DNA of 64,000 nt from an uncultured delta proteobacterium (GTDB lineage Bacteria; Desulfobacterota; Zymogenia; Zymogenales; Zymogenaceae), in assembly GCA_963848155.1 (NCBI GenBank), contig CAWKCL010000007.1, positions 431,002-495,001 on the forward strand. Reading direction: 5' to 3'. Below, piece after piece: positions 41,167 to 51,928 of this stretch. Positions within the stretch are counted from its first letter, which is position 1. Each line of letters begins with the position of its first letter. The position numbers were made by a program, and so were the translations under genes. The notes under the pieces were generated by a model. That model had not been told where the DNA came from and did not search any database. It saw only the letters and a program-made list of their open reading frames with translations.

Positions 41167-42700
41167 TCACCCGTTACGGAGCGCCTTACCTGCCTTACCG
41201 ATATGGTCTCTGCCCAGGAAATAGTTTATCCACGACGACGTGCGCCACAATGCCCAATCGCACGGGGGGACGGTGTCCGGCTTAAAGACCCGGTCGGTCC
41301 CCGTGCGTGCAAGCCGCCGGTACGCCCGCACCCAGACGCAGAGCCGGACGCCCGGATAGACCTCGCACCAGCCGTCCGTTGATCCCCCGCAGGGACCGTT
41401 GCGCTCTTCCTTCGGACATTGCGACATGGGGCAAAGGTAAGCGACGTCAAAGAGGGCGCAATCCCCGCAATTACGGCATTCGAACAACAGGACCTTGATA
41501 CCGTTCTCGATATAGGCAAATAGGCCGGAAAGGATCCGCGAGGAATCGACGATACGCGCCGCTATGCGCATGAGTCCGTAGACCGGGCTCTTCGGTTCAA
41601 AGAAAACCGCGTGAACCAGCCGGGAGAAGAGATAGGCCGGGTGCCTCAAAAGGCCGTCTACTCCTCCGGGACGGTGTTGTCGAGTTCAATCGGCCCGTCT
41701 TTTGTTTCTCGAAGAGATAGTACCCTCCCTCCTGGGGATAGTCGAACTCCGGCAGGTACCGCCGCCAATCGGCCGAGAGCGCTTCCCCCCGTTCAACGAT
41801 CTCGATGACCGTGTCGCAGTCGATACCATGCCCCCCGATATGCGCGCCCGCACATCCCATCCCCTTGGCAACGGCGTAGTGCCGTGCCGCGCGCGTAATC
41901 CGCGCCTCTCTGCCCTTGTCGGGGGCCGTCCGTTCAGCCTCGATTTCGGCCAGCAGCTTATTGGTCACGACGCAGCCGGGGATAGTCCCCGCGTTCATAG
42001 TCCGCGCCGCCGGGAACGTCAGGACGAATATGTTGGCAAGCACGGGGATATCCACCCGCGCGTTTGACAGGAAGGTCAAAACCTCGTGAAGCTTACGGGC
42101 GTCGTAACCGACCTGGGTTACGATAAAGCGGGCGCCGGCCGCTATCTTCTTCATGAGCTTCTCGTATTGCCCGACCAGCTCCGCCTCCGTCTTTTTGAAC
42201 GGCGAGACGGCCGCCCCGCAAAAGAAGTCCGTGGCGGCCAGCTTCAGCGGCTTGCCCATGAAGTCGTATTCAAGCCCCCGGTTCATTCGGCCAACCAGCG
42301 ACAGCAGGTGGATCGGATCGATATCGAATACCGGCTTGGCCGTACCGAAGCCGCCATCGGTCGGATAATCACCCGAAAGGACAAGGAGGTCTTTGACCCC
42401 GTTTCTGTAAAGCCCGCACAGAAGGCTTTCGAGCTCGTTTCTGTTCTTATCCCGGCAGGCGACGTGAACCAGCGGATCGATACCGAGCTTTTGTATCTCC
42501 ACCGCAATGAACTCCGCGGCAAGCGCCGGGCTGCCCCCCGGGTTGTCGGTAAGTCCGATGCCGTGGATCTTCTTTGAGCGCGCCGCCTTTTCGGCGTTCT
42601 TTATCAGGTCATCCTGCTGCCTTTCTGCGAATCCCCGTCCGGAGACGAGCTCCCAGTTTACGCAAAAGGTTTTTGGGTCACACAGGGCCTCTCTGAACAT
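41167..42700 (-). CDS. metF: Methylenetetrahydrofolate reductase fused to a C-terminal MTHFR_C zinc-ribbon domain, split into two frames near 41597..41649
   Basis: ORF 41597..42700 is a MetF TIM-barrel. ORF 41167..41649, in another frame, carries the Cys-rich MTHFR_C pattern CRNCGDC...CP...C...NGPCGG...CEV. Confidence 0.7.
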
Positions 42701-42754
42701 ATCGCTCCCCTTGTTCCTGCGGTGCCGCCCTCCATTGCCGGGCGCGAAAACGGA

Positions 42755-43288
42755 CTACACGATAACCCGATCTCCCCGAAAGCGAGCGCCCTCCATCTCA
42801 AGGAGACGCCGCTTGAGCGCTACACCGCCCTCCGTGGAAAAGCCGGTCATTCCCCCGTCGCCGGCCACAACCCGGTGGCACGGGATAAACGGCGGCAGGG
42901 GATTTCTTGACATCGCCCCGCCTACCGCCCTGGCCGCCCCCGGGCTGCCGGCCATGCGCGCGAGCCCTCCATAGGTGATAACGGCGCCCCTCCCGATACC
43001 CAACAGGGCCGAGTATACCGCGCGATCAAACGGCGAACAGCCGCTCAGGTCAAGCACGGCCGATGAGAGGTCCACCGCCTCCCCGCGGAAGTAGGCCGTC
43101 AGAAGCCGTACCGCCGGTTCCGGGGGCGCCACAAGCCTGTTGAAGGTCTCCCGGGGGAGTGCGAGGTTTCTCTCAACCAGCTCACGCGTCCTCATAGGCA
43201 GGATCGACCGGACCAGCCCATCGGCGGTAGCCGCCAACCCTACCCATCCCTGGTCGGTTTCAAATATACGGTACCCAACGGTCATCAC
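42755..43288 (-). CDS. ogt: Methylated-DNA--protein-cysteine methyltransferase
   Basis: Active-site PCHRVV motif and DNA-binding helix region. Confidence 0.85.
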   Translation of the reverse strand: MMTVGYRIFETDQGWVGLAATADGLVRSILPMRTRELVERNLALPRETFNRLVAPPEPAVRLLTAYFRGEAVDLSSAVLDLSGCSPFDRAVYSALLGIGRGAVITYGGLARMAGSPGAARAVGGAMSRNPLPPFIPCHRVVAGDGGMTGFSTEGGVALKRRLLEMEGARFRGDRVIV

Positions 43289-44862
43289 AATTCTCCCCTG
43301 TTTCTGAATCTCTTCACGAACGGGCCGACAATGGCACCAAGCTCACGGGAGCCGAGCAGGTACGTCGTCACCAGGTAGACGGACAGTGAGCCGAGGATAG
43401 CCGCCGTCAGTACGACGATCTTTTCCGTACTCCGGCCCGGCTTATCCCAGCCTATCAGCGATGCTATCCACCAGGCAGCCGCCGCCATCGTCAGGCATCC
43501 AGCCCCCATCCTTGTCATCGAGACGAGGAGCCGTTTCAACCCGAGCCTGCCCATGACGCGACGAAAGACCATCATGAGGAGCACGGCGTTTAAGGCCGCG
43601 TCCAGGGAAACCGCCAGCGCCAAACCGCAGTGGGCAAGCGGCACAACCAGGATAACCGAAAGCAGGATATTTACGATAATAGCCACAATTCCGATCGAAA
43701 CGGGCGTGGCAGTGTCCTTCATGGCGTAGAATCCGTTGGACAGCACCCGTATCGACGCGACGAAGGGCAGCCCTATCGAAAAAAATACGAGGGCGTTGGC
43801 GGTCATAACAACCGAGGTAAAGCCGAACTCCCCGCGAAAAAAGAGGGCGCTGATAATCGGGACCGAGAGGATCGCCAGGCCCAATGCCGCAGGTATCGTG
43901 ATGTACAGCGTCATGGAAAGCGCATCAATAAACGTCCGCTTCAGGTCCTCGATGCGGTTCTCGGCCGCCATCCTGCTCATCGTAGGCAGAACCGCCGTCC
44001 CCAGGGCTACGGCAAATATACCGAGGGGGAACTGGTCAAGCCGGTCGGCGTAGTAGAGGTACGAAACGCTCCCCGACGGGAGGAACGACGCCAGGAGCCT
44101 GACCACCACCACGTTGACCTGATATACTGACGCCCCGAAGATGGCCGGGACCATCAGTTTGAGAATCGTCTTTACCTTGGGATCGAAGAAATGAAAATCG
44201 GGGGCAAACGTGACGCCCTTTCTTATCAGAAACGGGACCTGGAGGGCCAACATCAAAACCCCTCCGATGACAACCCCGAACGCCAGGCTCAGCACCGGGA
44301 CATTGAGGAGAGGACTGATGAGGAGCATCGACAGGATCATCGCGAGGTTAAAAAGCATGGGTGAGGCCGACGGCGCAAAGAAGTGCCCCATGCTGTTGAG
44401 CACACCCATCGCCAGCGCCGACAGCGAGATCAACAGCATATAGGGAAACATCACCTGCGCCAGCAAAACCGTCAGCTCCCATTTCTGGGGGTTTGCGCGA
44501 AAGCCCGCCGCGAAGAGCGTAAGGATTTCGGGCGAAAAGATAATCCCGGCCACCACCGCCGCGGCAAGGACGATCGTCATAAACGTCATGGTGATCCGGG
44601 CGACGCGTACGGCTTCCTGCTTTCCCTCGCGGATAAGGGTTTCGGTATAGACCGGGATAACGGCCACCGTCATGGTCCCTTCGGCAAAGAGCCGTCGCAG
44701 GAGGTTCGGAATGGTGAAGGCGACGAAGAACGCATCGGCGGCGTCCGTCGCGCCGAAGAAAAACGCCGTGACCATATCCCGGATAAAACCGAGGATACGG
44801 CTGCCGAGGGTGCCCAGCCCCACGACGCCGGCCGCCCTCACCATTTGGGAATTTTCAGACAT
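43285..44862 (-). CDS. murJ: Lipid II flippase MurJ
   Basis: 525 aa, 14 TM helices, conserved MurJ N-terminus (GSRILGFIRDMVTAFFFGATDAADAFFVAFTIPNLLRRLFAEG). Confidence 0.9.
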   Translation of the reverse strand: MSENSQMVRAAGVVGLGTLGSRILGFIRDMVTAFFFGATDAADAFFVAFTIPNLLRRLFAEGTMTVAVIPVYTETLIREGKQEAVRVARITMTFMTIVLAAAVVAGIIFSPEILTLFAAGFRANPQKWELTVLLAQVMFPYMLLISLSALAMGVLNSMGHFFAPSASPMLFNLAMILSMLLISPLLNVPVLSLAFGVVIGGVLMLALQVPFLIRKGVTFAPDFHFFDPKVKTILKLMVPAIFGASVYQVNVVVVRLLASFLPSGSVSYLYYADRLDQFPLGIFAVALGTAVLPTMSRMAAENRIEDLKRTFIDALSMTLYITIPAALGLAILSVPIISALFFRGEFGFTSVVMTANALVFFSIGLPFVASIRVLSNGFYAMKDTATPVSIGIVAIIVNILLSVILVVPLAHCGLALAVSLDAALNAVLLMMVFRRVMGRLGLKRLLVSMTRMGAGCLTMAAAAWWIASLIGWDKPGRSTEKIVVLTAAILGSLSVYLVTTYLLGSRELGAIVGPFVKRFRNRGEL

Positions 44863-44875
44863 ACTAACAATTTCC

Positions 44876-44904
44876 TTGACAATAGCCGGAAAATAACGTA
44901 TATT
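44876..44904 (+). promoter_or_regulatory. Consensus sigma70 promoter for rpsT (-35 TTGACA, 17 nt, -10 TATATT), followed by a GGAGG RBS at 44927..44931
   Basis: Read directly upstream of the rpsT TTG start. Confidence 0.6.
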
Positions 44905-44940
44905 TCGAAAATTAAATTTAGACTTCGGAGGTAATCAAAT

Positions 44941-45211
44941 TTGGCTAATCATCGGTCGGCCATAAAACGGATGATCCAGGGCGAAAAGCGCCGGGTAAGA
45001 AATCGGCACGTCAAGAGCACCGTTAAGACCACTATAAAGAGCTACCTTAAAACCGTTGAAGAGAAGAACCCCGAGACTCGCCAAAGAGAGCCTTAAGCAT
45101 ACAATCACGACCATCAACAAGGCGGCTTCCAAGGGCGTCATCCACAAGCGAAACGCCTCCCGGAAAATTTCCCGGCTTACCCGGAAGTATAACGCCCTGT
45201 CCGCATCATAG
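44941..45211 (+). CDS. rpsT: 30S ribosomal protein S20, TTG start, interrupted by a 1-nt frame error in a CCCC run (45069..45072)
   Basis: Frame 1: (M)ANHRSAIKRMIQGEKRRVRNRHVKSTVKTTIKSYLKTVEEKNPE... reaches an in-frame TAA at 45094. The +1 frame continues with the canonical S20 C-terminus ...TINKAASKGVIHKRNASRKISRLTRKYNALSAS*. Not called as one gene in the ORF track. Confidence 0.85.
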
Positions 45212-46248
45212 TGGTGATATCCAGGGCCATTTTGTCCATCACCACGCCGCTCTTCCCCGATCGGGATTTTAACAGCTTATCCGTTTTATAGAACTCCCGA
45301 AATGCCCCGCGAAACACCTCGTGGGGTATGCGGCGCGCCTGCGCCGTGTATTCGGCCAGTCTGAACGCGGGAATCTTAAGCTCTCGCGATGCCCTCGCGT
45401 CTTCCACGTGGTGATCCATCAGTATCTTCAGAGACCAGAGCCGCATGAAGTGCCACCGGATGGTCGACAAAATCTGCGTGGGTTCCGCCCCCTCGCCAAT
45501 CACCTCCCTTAGCATCTCCACCGAGCCCGCCGGATCGCCGCGTGACAGCGCGTCCGTCAATTCGAAGACGCTGCGCACCCGGAGGTACGGGAGGATATCC
45601 TCGACGACCGAAAGCGTTGCCTGTTTTTCATCGCCCAGGAACAGTACGATCTTTTCGACCTCCATTGCAACGGCCGAGAGGTCCTGCCCGATACAATCCA
45701 CGATGGCGTCCAGCGCCTCATGGTCGATTTCCTTACCTTCCTTCTCCATACGCCTTACCACCCACTCCCGGATATCGGTCTCCCTGGCCTTGGCAAACAC
45801 GGTCACGGCGGCGAGTTTTGACCAGCTCCGAGAGTCGGTCGACCGGCGGCGGGGCCACCCCCGAGGCCCCTTTCCCCCTGCCGATACCGCGGGCCGTTAC
45901 TATCATGAGGGTCTTGGGCGATGGGTCCTGTGCGTAGGCGGCAATCGTCTGGATTTCCTTTTCCTTCAGTCTCTCCGCCCCTCGGATAGTAACGACCTTT
46001 TTCGCCCCTCCCATGGGGATTGTCATGGCGGAGTTCATGATATCGGTTACGGCGTCATCCCCGGCGTAGAAAACCTCGCACAGCAGGTCACCGAAGATTC
46101 CGCCCCCCGTAAGCGCGGCCGACACCAGACGATCCTCGTATTCGCGGACAAGAAAGTCGTTTTCTCCGTAAAAAAAATAGACGGGATAAAACTTCCCGTC
46201 TTTAATGTCCCGATCGAGGTCCCTGGGAGAGGCATAATACCGAGTCAT
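45177..46248 (-). CDS. holA: DNA polymerase III delta subunit, N- and C-terminal halves in different frames (switch about 45733..45806)
   Basis: The N-terminal ORF has the delta-subunit N-domain. The C-terminal ORF has the helical domains. It lies in the conserved leuS-lptE-holA gene order. Confidence 0.75.
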
Positions 46249-46254
46249 TGACGA

Positions 46255-46785
46255 TTAATACCCGAATACGAGCCGGTCATGGATCTCGAGCGCAATTTTT
46301 TCCGTGAGGTCCTGCAGCGCGATCTCCTTGTAGCTGTCAAACACAACGGCGCCGGTTTCAATATTGTAATCCTCGGTATAGGATATTCCCGACACCTCCC
46401 AGAGAACTGCGTCGTTCTTGACGAGTTTTGCCCCAACCCGCACGGAGACCGTTACGAGGACGGCCCGGTCCTCCTCGTCATATATGGTGTTATAATAGTC
46501 GACAGATTCGATAGTCCCGATCAGTACCGCGTCGGCTCCCTTTTCTTTCACCGGCGTTAACGCGCCGGATTTCATGAATTCCCTCGCCAGCGCGTTAGTC
46601 ATGATCACCCCCAGCCTCGGCTCATCAGTCGGGTTAACGAACGAGGGAATATAGACCGTCTTGATATCCGGGGGCAACTGTTTCTTTACGTTCACGAAGG
46701 TGTAGCCGCACCCGAACAGGGAAACGATACTGACAAGCACAATACCCATCACCGATAGTTTCGATAGTCTTTTTATGACGTTCAT
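46255..46785 (-). CDS. lptE: LPS-assembly lipoprotein LptE
   Basis: Lipoprotein signal (...VSLFGCGY). Positioned between leuS and holA as in most Proteobacteria. Start taken at MNVIKRL. Confidence 0.7.
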   Translation of the reverse strand: MNVIKRLSKLSVMGIVLVSIVSLFGCGYTFVNVKKQLPPDIKTVYIPSFVNPTDEPRLGVIMTNALAREFMKSGALTPVKEKGADAVLIGTIESVDYYNTIYDEEDRAVLVTVSVRVGAKLVKNDAVLWEVSGISYTEDYNIETGAVVFDSYKEIALQDLTEKIALEIHDRLVFGY

Positions 46786-46903
46786 GACATAACCCCGCAC
46801 CGTCCTAAAGCGACGGTTCATCGTGTCGGAACTAAGACCTGCCCACGAAATCCCGGAGAAACGGACGTGCTCGCGTTCCCCTTTCCCGTCATCCCTTTAT
46901 ATA

Positions 46904-49408
46904 TTACTGTATCACAACGATATTGACCAGTTTTCGAGGAACCACCACGACGTTTTTGATATCCTTCCCCTCGATGTAACCCCTGACTTTTTCGTCGTCA
47001 AGCGCCCGCTTCCGTATCTCCTCGTCTGCGGCGTCCGCCCCCACGGTTAGCCTGCCCCTCACCTTGCCGTTTACCTGCACGACTATCGTGATCTCGTCCT
47101 CCCGCGCAAGCTCTTTGTCCCACGCCGGCCAGGTCGCGGTAACGACGGAGGGCGGCTGGCCGAGGGCTTCCCACAGCTCTTCGGTAATGTGGGGAACGGC
47201 CGGGGAAAGAAGCAGCACAACACTTCTGCTTGCCGCCGTAAAGACGGCGGCATCCGCCGGCGTTACGTCCTTGCCTTCCCCGATAAAGGCGTACATTTCG
47301 TTTACCAGTTCCATCACGGCCGCGATTGCGGTATTGAAATGGAACCGCTCCTCGATATCCTCGGTAACCTTCCTGATGGTCTGGTGGGTCTTCCTCCGCA
47401 GCCTGACGCCGCGCTCCGTCAATCCGGAGTCCACGCCGCCCGAAAAACTCTTCCCCTTCTCGATGACGGCCGCGTTATCGACGATAATCCGCCACAGGCG
47501 GCCGAGGAACCTGAAAGAGCCGTCGATCCCCTGGTCGCTCCACTCCAGCTCTTTCTCGGGAGGAGACGCAAAGAGCATGAAGAGCCGTGTCGTATCGGCC
47601 CCATACTTTTTTATCATATCGTCGGGATCGATGACGTTGCCCTTAGACTTGCTCATCTTGGCGCCGTCTTTGATGACCATCCCCTGGGTAAGGAGCCTGG
47701 TGAACGGCTCCCGGTATTTTATCAGTCCGAATCGCTCCATAACACGGCTGTAGAAACGGGAGTAGAGGAGATGCAGGATCGCGTGCTCAATCCCCCCGAT
47801 ATACTGATCGACGGGCAGCCAATAGTCAACCCGTTTTTTATCCACCATCCCCCCGTCATAGTCGGGGCAGGAATACCGGGCGTAGTACCAGGACGATTCC
47901 ACGAAGGTATCCATCGTGTCGGTCTCCCGGCGGGCCTGCCCGTTACACTTCGGGCAGGTTGTCTTGACAAAGGGCTCATGGGAAACGAGCGGAGAGCCGC
48001 CCTCTCCCGTGACCGTTACGTCAAGCGGCAACACGACCGGCAGCCGGTCTTCCGGCACCGGCACCACGCCGCACGTGTCGCAATAGACGATCGGGATCGG
48101 CGCCCCCCAGTACCGCTGGCGGGAGATGCCCCAGTCCCTCAACCGGTAGTTGATCGTTCGGGTTCCCAGGTGTTTCTTCTCTAAATCGTCGATGATGGCG
48201 TCCATCGCGGCCCGGTTCTTCATGCCGTTAAAGGTCCCGGAGTTAACCAGGACCCCGTCTTCGACGTAGGCCTCGGTCATCGTGTCCCCCGACAGCGTAT
48301 GCGACTCCGGAGAGATGACGACGATGACGGGGAGATCGTATTTTTTCGCGAATTCGAAGTCGCGCTGGTCGTGAGCGGGCACCGCCATGACGGCCCCCGT
48401 ACCGTATTCCATAAGGGCGAAGTTCGCGGCAAAGACCGGCATCTTTGCGCCGGTAAAAGGATTCTTACAGTAGGCGCCGACGAAGACGCCCTCTTTCTCA
48501 TAGTCCTCCGACGAGCGCTTTATCTTATCGGTCTTGAGCATCCGCTCGACGAAGGCGTCCACCTCTTTCTGCTGGGTCGTCCCCCTGGAGAGCTCTATGG
48601 TGAGGGGATGCTCCGGGGCAAGCACCATAAAGGTCGCCCCGAAGATCGTGTCCTGCCGTGTCGTGAAGACCGGTATCGACCCGTCCCGATCGTTGAGCGG
48701 AAACTCTACCCTGGCGCCGAGGCTCTTTCCGATCCAGTTCTTCTGCATCGTAAGGACGCGCTCCGGCCAGCCCGGGAGCTTTTCGAGGTAGGCCAGGAGG
48801 TCTTCGGCAAACTCCGTGATCTTGAAAAACCAGCCGGTAATCTCACGCTGGGCCACCTCGCGGTCGCATCTCCAGCAGCGTCCCGCGATCACCTGCTCGT
48901 TGGCCAACACCGTCTGGCAATTGTCGCACCAGTTGACGAATGATTTCTTCTGATACGCAAGCCCCTCCTCATACATCTTGAGGAAGAGCCACTGCTCCCA
49001 CCGGTAATAATTGGGATCACAGGTTGCCAGTTCACGATCCCAGTCATAGGAAAAGCCCATCGACTTGAGCTGCGTTTTCATGTAGTCGATATTCTCGTAG
49101 GTGAACGTCGCCGGGTGTACACCCTTCTGTATGGCGGCGTTTTCGGCCGGCATGCCGAAGGCGTCCCACCCCATGGGGTGAAGGACGTTGAACCCCCGCA
49201 TCATCTTATATCGGGCGACCAGGTCCGTGATGCTGTAGTTACGCACGTGCCCCATGTGAATCCTGCCTGAGGGATACGGAAACATCTCGAGGACGTAGTA
49301 TTTTTCTTTTTTCGGATCTTCAACCGACCTGAAAACCTTGTGTTCATTCCAATATTTTTGCCACCGGGATTCGACGGCGGCCGGATCGTACTTGCCTTTA
49401 CCAGTCAT
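46904..49408 (-). CDS. leuS: Leucyl-tRNA synthetase
   Basis: 834 aa. HMGHVRNY (HIGH) and KMSKSKGN motifs, editing domain. Confidence 0.95.
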   Translation of the reverse strand: MTGKGKYDPAAVESRWQKYWNEHKVFRSVEDPKKEKYYVLEMFPYPSGRIHMGHVRNYSITDLVARYKMMRGFNVLHPMGWDAFGMPAENAAIQKGVHPATFTYENIDYMKTQLKSMGFSYDWDRELATCDPNYYRWEQWLFLKMYEEGLAYQKKSFVNWCDNCQTVLANEQVIAGRCWRCDREVAQREITGWFFKITEFAEDLLAYLEKLPGWPERVLTMQKNWIGKSLGARVEFPLNDRDGSIPVFTTRQDTIFGATFMVLAPEHPLTIELSRGTTQQKEVDAFVERMLKTDKIKRSSEDYEKEGVFVGAYCKNPFTGAKMPVFAANFALMEYGTGAVMAVPAHDQRDFEFAKKYDLPVIVVISPESHTLSGDTMTEAYVEDGVLVNSGTFNGMKNRAAMDAIIDDLEKKHLGTRTINYRLRDWGISRQRYWGAPIPIVYCDTCGVVPVPEDRLPVVLPLDVTVTGEGGSPLVSHEPFVKTTCPKCNGQARRETDTMDTFVESSWYYARYSCPDYDGGMVDKKRVDYWLPVDQYIGGIEHAILHLLYSRFYSRVMERFGLIKYREPFTRLLTQGMVIKDGAKMSKSKGNVIDPDDMIKKYGADTTRLFMLFASPPEKELEWSDQGIDGSFRFLGRLWRIIVDNAAVIEKGKSFSGGVDSGLTERGVRLRRKTHQTIRKVTEDIEERFHFNTAIAAVMELVNEMYAFIGEGKDVTPADAAVFTAASRSVVLLLSPAVPHITEELWEALGQPPSVVTATWPAWDKELAREDEITIVVQVNGKVRGRLTVGADAADEEIRKRALDDEKVRGYIEGKDIKNVVVVPRKLVNIVVIQ

Positions 49409-49560
49409 TATCGGTCTCTTTCGTTATCGGGTCATTCTCTGCCGGTTCGATATCACCATCTTGTAGTAACGTAATTACGTATCATATATTTCCGCGATTT
49501 GCAAGACTAATAGTAATTGGCCCGACCCGGTATTCGGTTTTTCGGGGATTCGGCCCCGGC

Positions 49561-51891
49561 TTGTGCTACAATGGGCCGATGACGAGCGCACAACCGCAGC
49601 GACACGCATATGTATCTGCCGTTACACTGGGCGGTGTATCCATTGCCGGCCAGATCGTGTTCATGCGGGAGATCATGATCCTTTTTTACGGCAATGAGCT
49701 GTCGGCCGGCGTAAGTCTCTTTTCGTGGCTCCTCTGGACTTCGCTGGGGGCCTTCATCGGCACCGCGATTGCCAGGAGAGACATCACCCGCCTCCAAACC
49801 CTCCCCACCCTGCTTCTGGCCGTTGCTGTACTGCTTCCGGCGACCGTCGTGTTTTCTCGTGTCGCAAAGACGATCGTCGGAATATCCCAGGGTGAAGTCA
49901 TCGGTATCGCCCCGATGGCGGCCATTGCCGCGGTCGTCTTTTTACCTTTCTGTTTCTTTTCGGGTCTGATCTTCCCGCTGCTCATACGGGCAGCCGTCCC
50001 CGACAGCCGAAACGACCGTGATGTCCCCTCCCGCATATACCTGTTCGAGTCCATCGGCTCATCGCTCTCTGGAACCATCACCGCGCTTGTCCTCATCCGG
50101 TATTTTGACGCGCTGACGATCGCGTTTTTTGTCGCCGCTATTGCCGGCCTGGCGGCACTGTACATCTCGGTTTCCACCCGCCGCGCCGCGGCGGCCGTTG
50201 CATCGGCCTTCGTCGTCTCCCTTTTCGTCCTTCAGCCCCTGTTTTCGATTCCCGACATCGGCGCGATCACCCGGCAGATCCAATGGAAGGGCTTCACGGT
50301 GGTCGAATCGACCGATTCCGTTTACGGAAACCTCACCGTGACGAGAGCCGAAAGCCAGACCACCGTGTACGAGAGCGGGGTGCTTTCGTTTACCTACCCG
50401 GACGTCATGAACAGCGAGCTCGGCGTGATCTATCCCCTCCTCCTCCACCCCCGCCCCGTGCGGGTGCTCCTGGTGGGCGGCGGGATATCCTCGACGCTCT
50501 CACAGATACTCAAGCACCCCTCGGTTGCAGCGATCGATTACGTGGAGCTTGACCCCGCCCTCATCGACCTCGGAATAAGAAACCTCCCTCCCGAGGCGAT
50601 CCTCCCGCTGTCGGACGGCCGGGTTCGGGTCATCCACGAGGATGGACGGCTCTTCGTACGGGAGGCCCGTGATCGGTACGACGTAATCATCGTCAACATG
50701 GCCGACCCCGTCAACGCGCGTATAAACCGCTACTTTACCCGGGAATTTTTCCGCGAGGCAAAACGGACCCTTGCCCCCGGCGGCGTCTTCTCTATCTCAG
50801 TGGGCTCATCGGAGGAGATCATCAGCCCGGTGCTTGCCTCCTTCCTTGGGAGCGTCTCCCGTACGCTGTCGTCGGTCTTCCCCCATGCGGCGGTCGTTCC
50901 GGGAGGCACCGCATTCTTCGTGGCGTCCGGTCTCCCGTCCCGGGTGGACATCGACCCCGCGGTTCTCGCCAACCGCATGAAGGATCGCGGTATCGAGAAT
51001 AGCTACGTCACCGAGCAGTACCTCCTCTATCAGTTGAATAAAGAGAGGATTGAGTACGCCCGCCGCACCGTTGAAAGCGCGAAAACGGCGGGTATCAACA
51101 CGGACCTCACTCCCACGGTCTATTACTACAATATGGTGCTGAGGAGCTACTGGCTCTCACCCGGGCTGAAAATCAAGCTGGCCTCGATTGCCGGATCACG
51201 GCCTATCCTGCCCGTGGTGGCGATTATCCTGGCGGCGTTCGTCTACGGGGGCTTTATCAGATTTCGCGCCCGGAAACCGGCCTCCCTTCCGGCGGCAACC
51301 GTCGTTCCCGCGGTGTTGACCTCCGGATTTTCCGAGATCGCACTCACCGTCGTTATCATCATCGCGTTCCAGACCTTCCGCGGCTACGTCTATTCGGCCC
51401 TCGGCCTGATCATCTCATCGTTCATGATCGGCCTTGCCATAGGGACCGGGGTCGCCCGCTCCCGGATAGGTATGTTCCCTCGCCCCTGGCGGCTCCTTGG
51501 TATCGTCCAGTCTCTCTACGGCGCCTTGTGCCTGTCGATTGTCGGCGTCCTCCTCTTCTTTTCGACGTACGGATCGGCGGGATGGCCCTGGGGACCTGCC
51601 GCCGTCTTTTCGCTCCTGAACATGCTCTGCGGGATACTCGCCGGTTTTCACTACGTCACCGCGGTGCGCTCTCTTGTTGTCTCGGGTCTCACGGCCGACG
51701 CGGGGGGGTGGGTCTACGGGATGAACCTCGCGGGCGCGGCGGGAGGGGCAATTTTCGCCTCGGTGGTCATGATACCGCTGTGGGGATTGGTGACGACCCT
51801 GCTGCTGGTGCTGGCGGCAAACCTGTGCGCTGCGGCGGTTGTCATGATCGGTGCAGGATATATCGGCGCGAATAACAAACGGCGCGGATAG
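49561..51891 (+). CDS. Membrane-embedded spermidine/spermine synthase-like protein (polytopic N- and C-terminal TM domains flanking an aminopropyltransferase-like domain)
   Basis: About 8 N-terminal TM helices. Central VLLVGGGISST...IDYVELDPALIDLG...YDVIIVNMADP spermidine-synthase/methyltransferase-like fold. Further C-terminal TM helices. Confidence 0.7.
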   Translation: MCYNGPMTSAQPQRHAYVSAVTLGGVSIAGQIVFMREIMILFYGNELSAGVSLFSWLLWTSLGAFIGTAIARRDITRLQTLPTLLLAVAVLLPATVVFSRVAKTIVGISQGEVIGIAPMAAIAAVVFLPFCFFSGLIFPLLIRAAVPDSRNDRDVPSRIYLFESIGSSLSGTITALVLIRYFDALTIAFFVAAIAGLAALYISVSTRRAAAAVASAFVVSLFVLQPLFSIPDIGAITRQIQWKGFTVVESTDSVYGNLTVTRAESQTTVYESGVLSFTYPDVMNSELGVIYPLLLHPRPVRVLLVGGGISSTLSQILKHPSVAAIDYVELDPALIDLGIRNLPPEAILPLSDGRVRVIHEDGRLFVREARDRYDVIIVNMADPVNARINRYFTREFFREAKRTLAPGGVFSISVGSSEEIISPVLASFLGSVSRTLSSVFPHAAVVPGGTAFFVASGLPSRVDIDPAVLANRMKDRGIENSYVTEQYLLYQLNKERIEYARRTVESAKTAGINTDLTPTVYYYNMVLRSYWLSPGLKIKLASIAGSRPILPVVAIILAAFVYGGFIRFRARKPASLPAATVVPAVLTSGFSEIALTVVIIIAFQTFRGYVYSALGLIISSFMIGLAIGTGVARSRIGMFPRPWRLLGIVQSLYGALCLSIVGVLLFFSTYGSAGWPWGPAAVFSLLNMLCGILAGFHYVTAVRSLVVSGLTADAGGWVYGMNLAGAAGGAIFASVVMIPLWGLVTTLLLVLAANLCAAAVVMIGAGYIGANNKRRG

Positions 51892-51928
51892 AGACCGCGC
51901 CGCCCGCGAAAGAGACGATTACCCGGCA

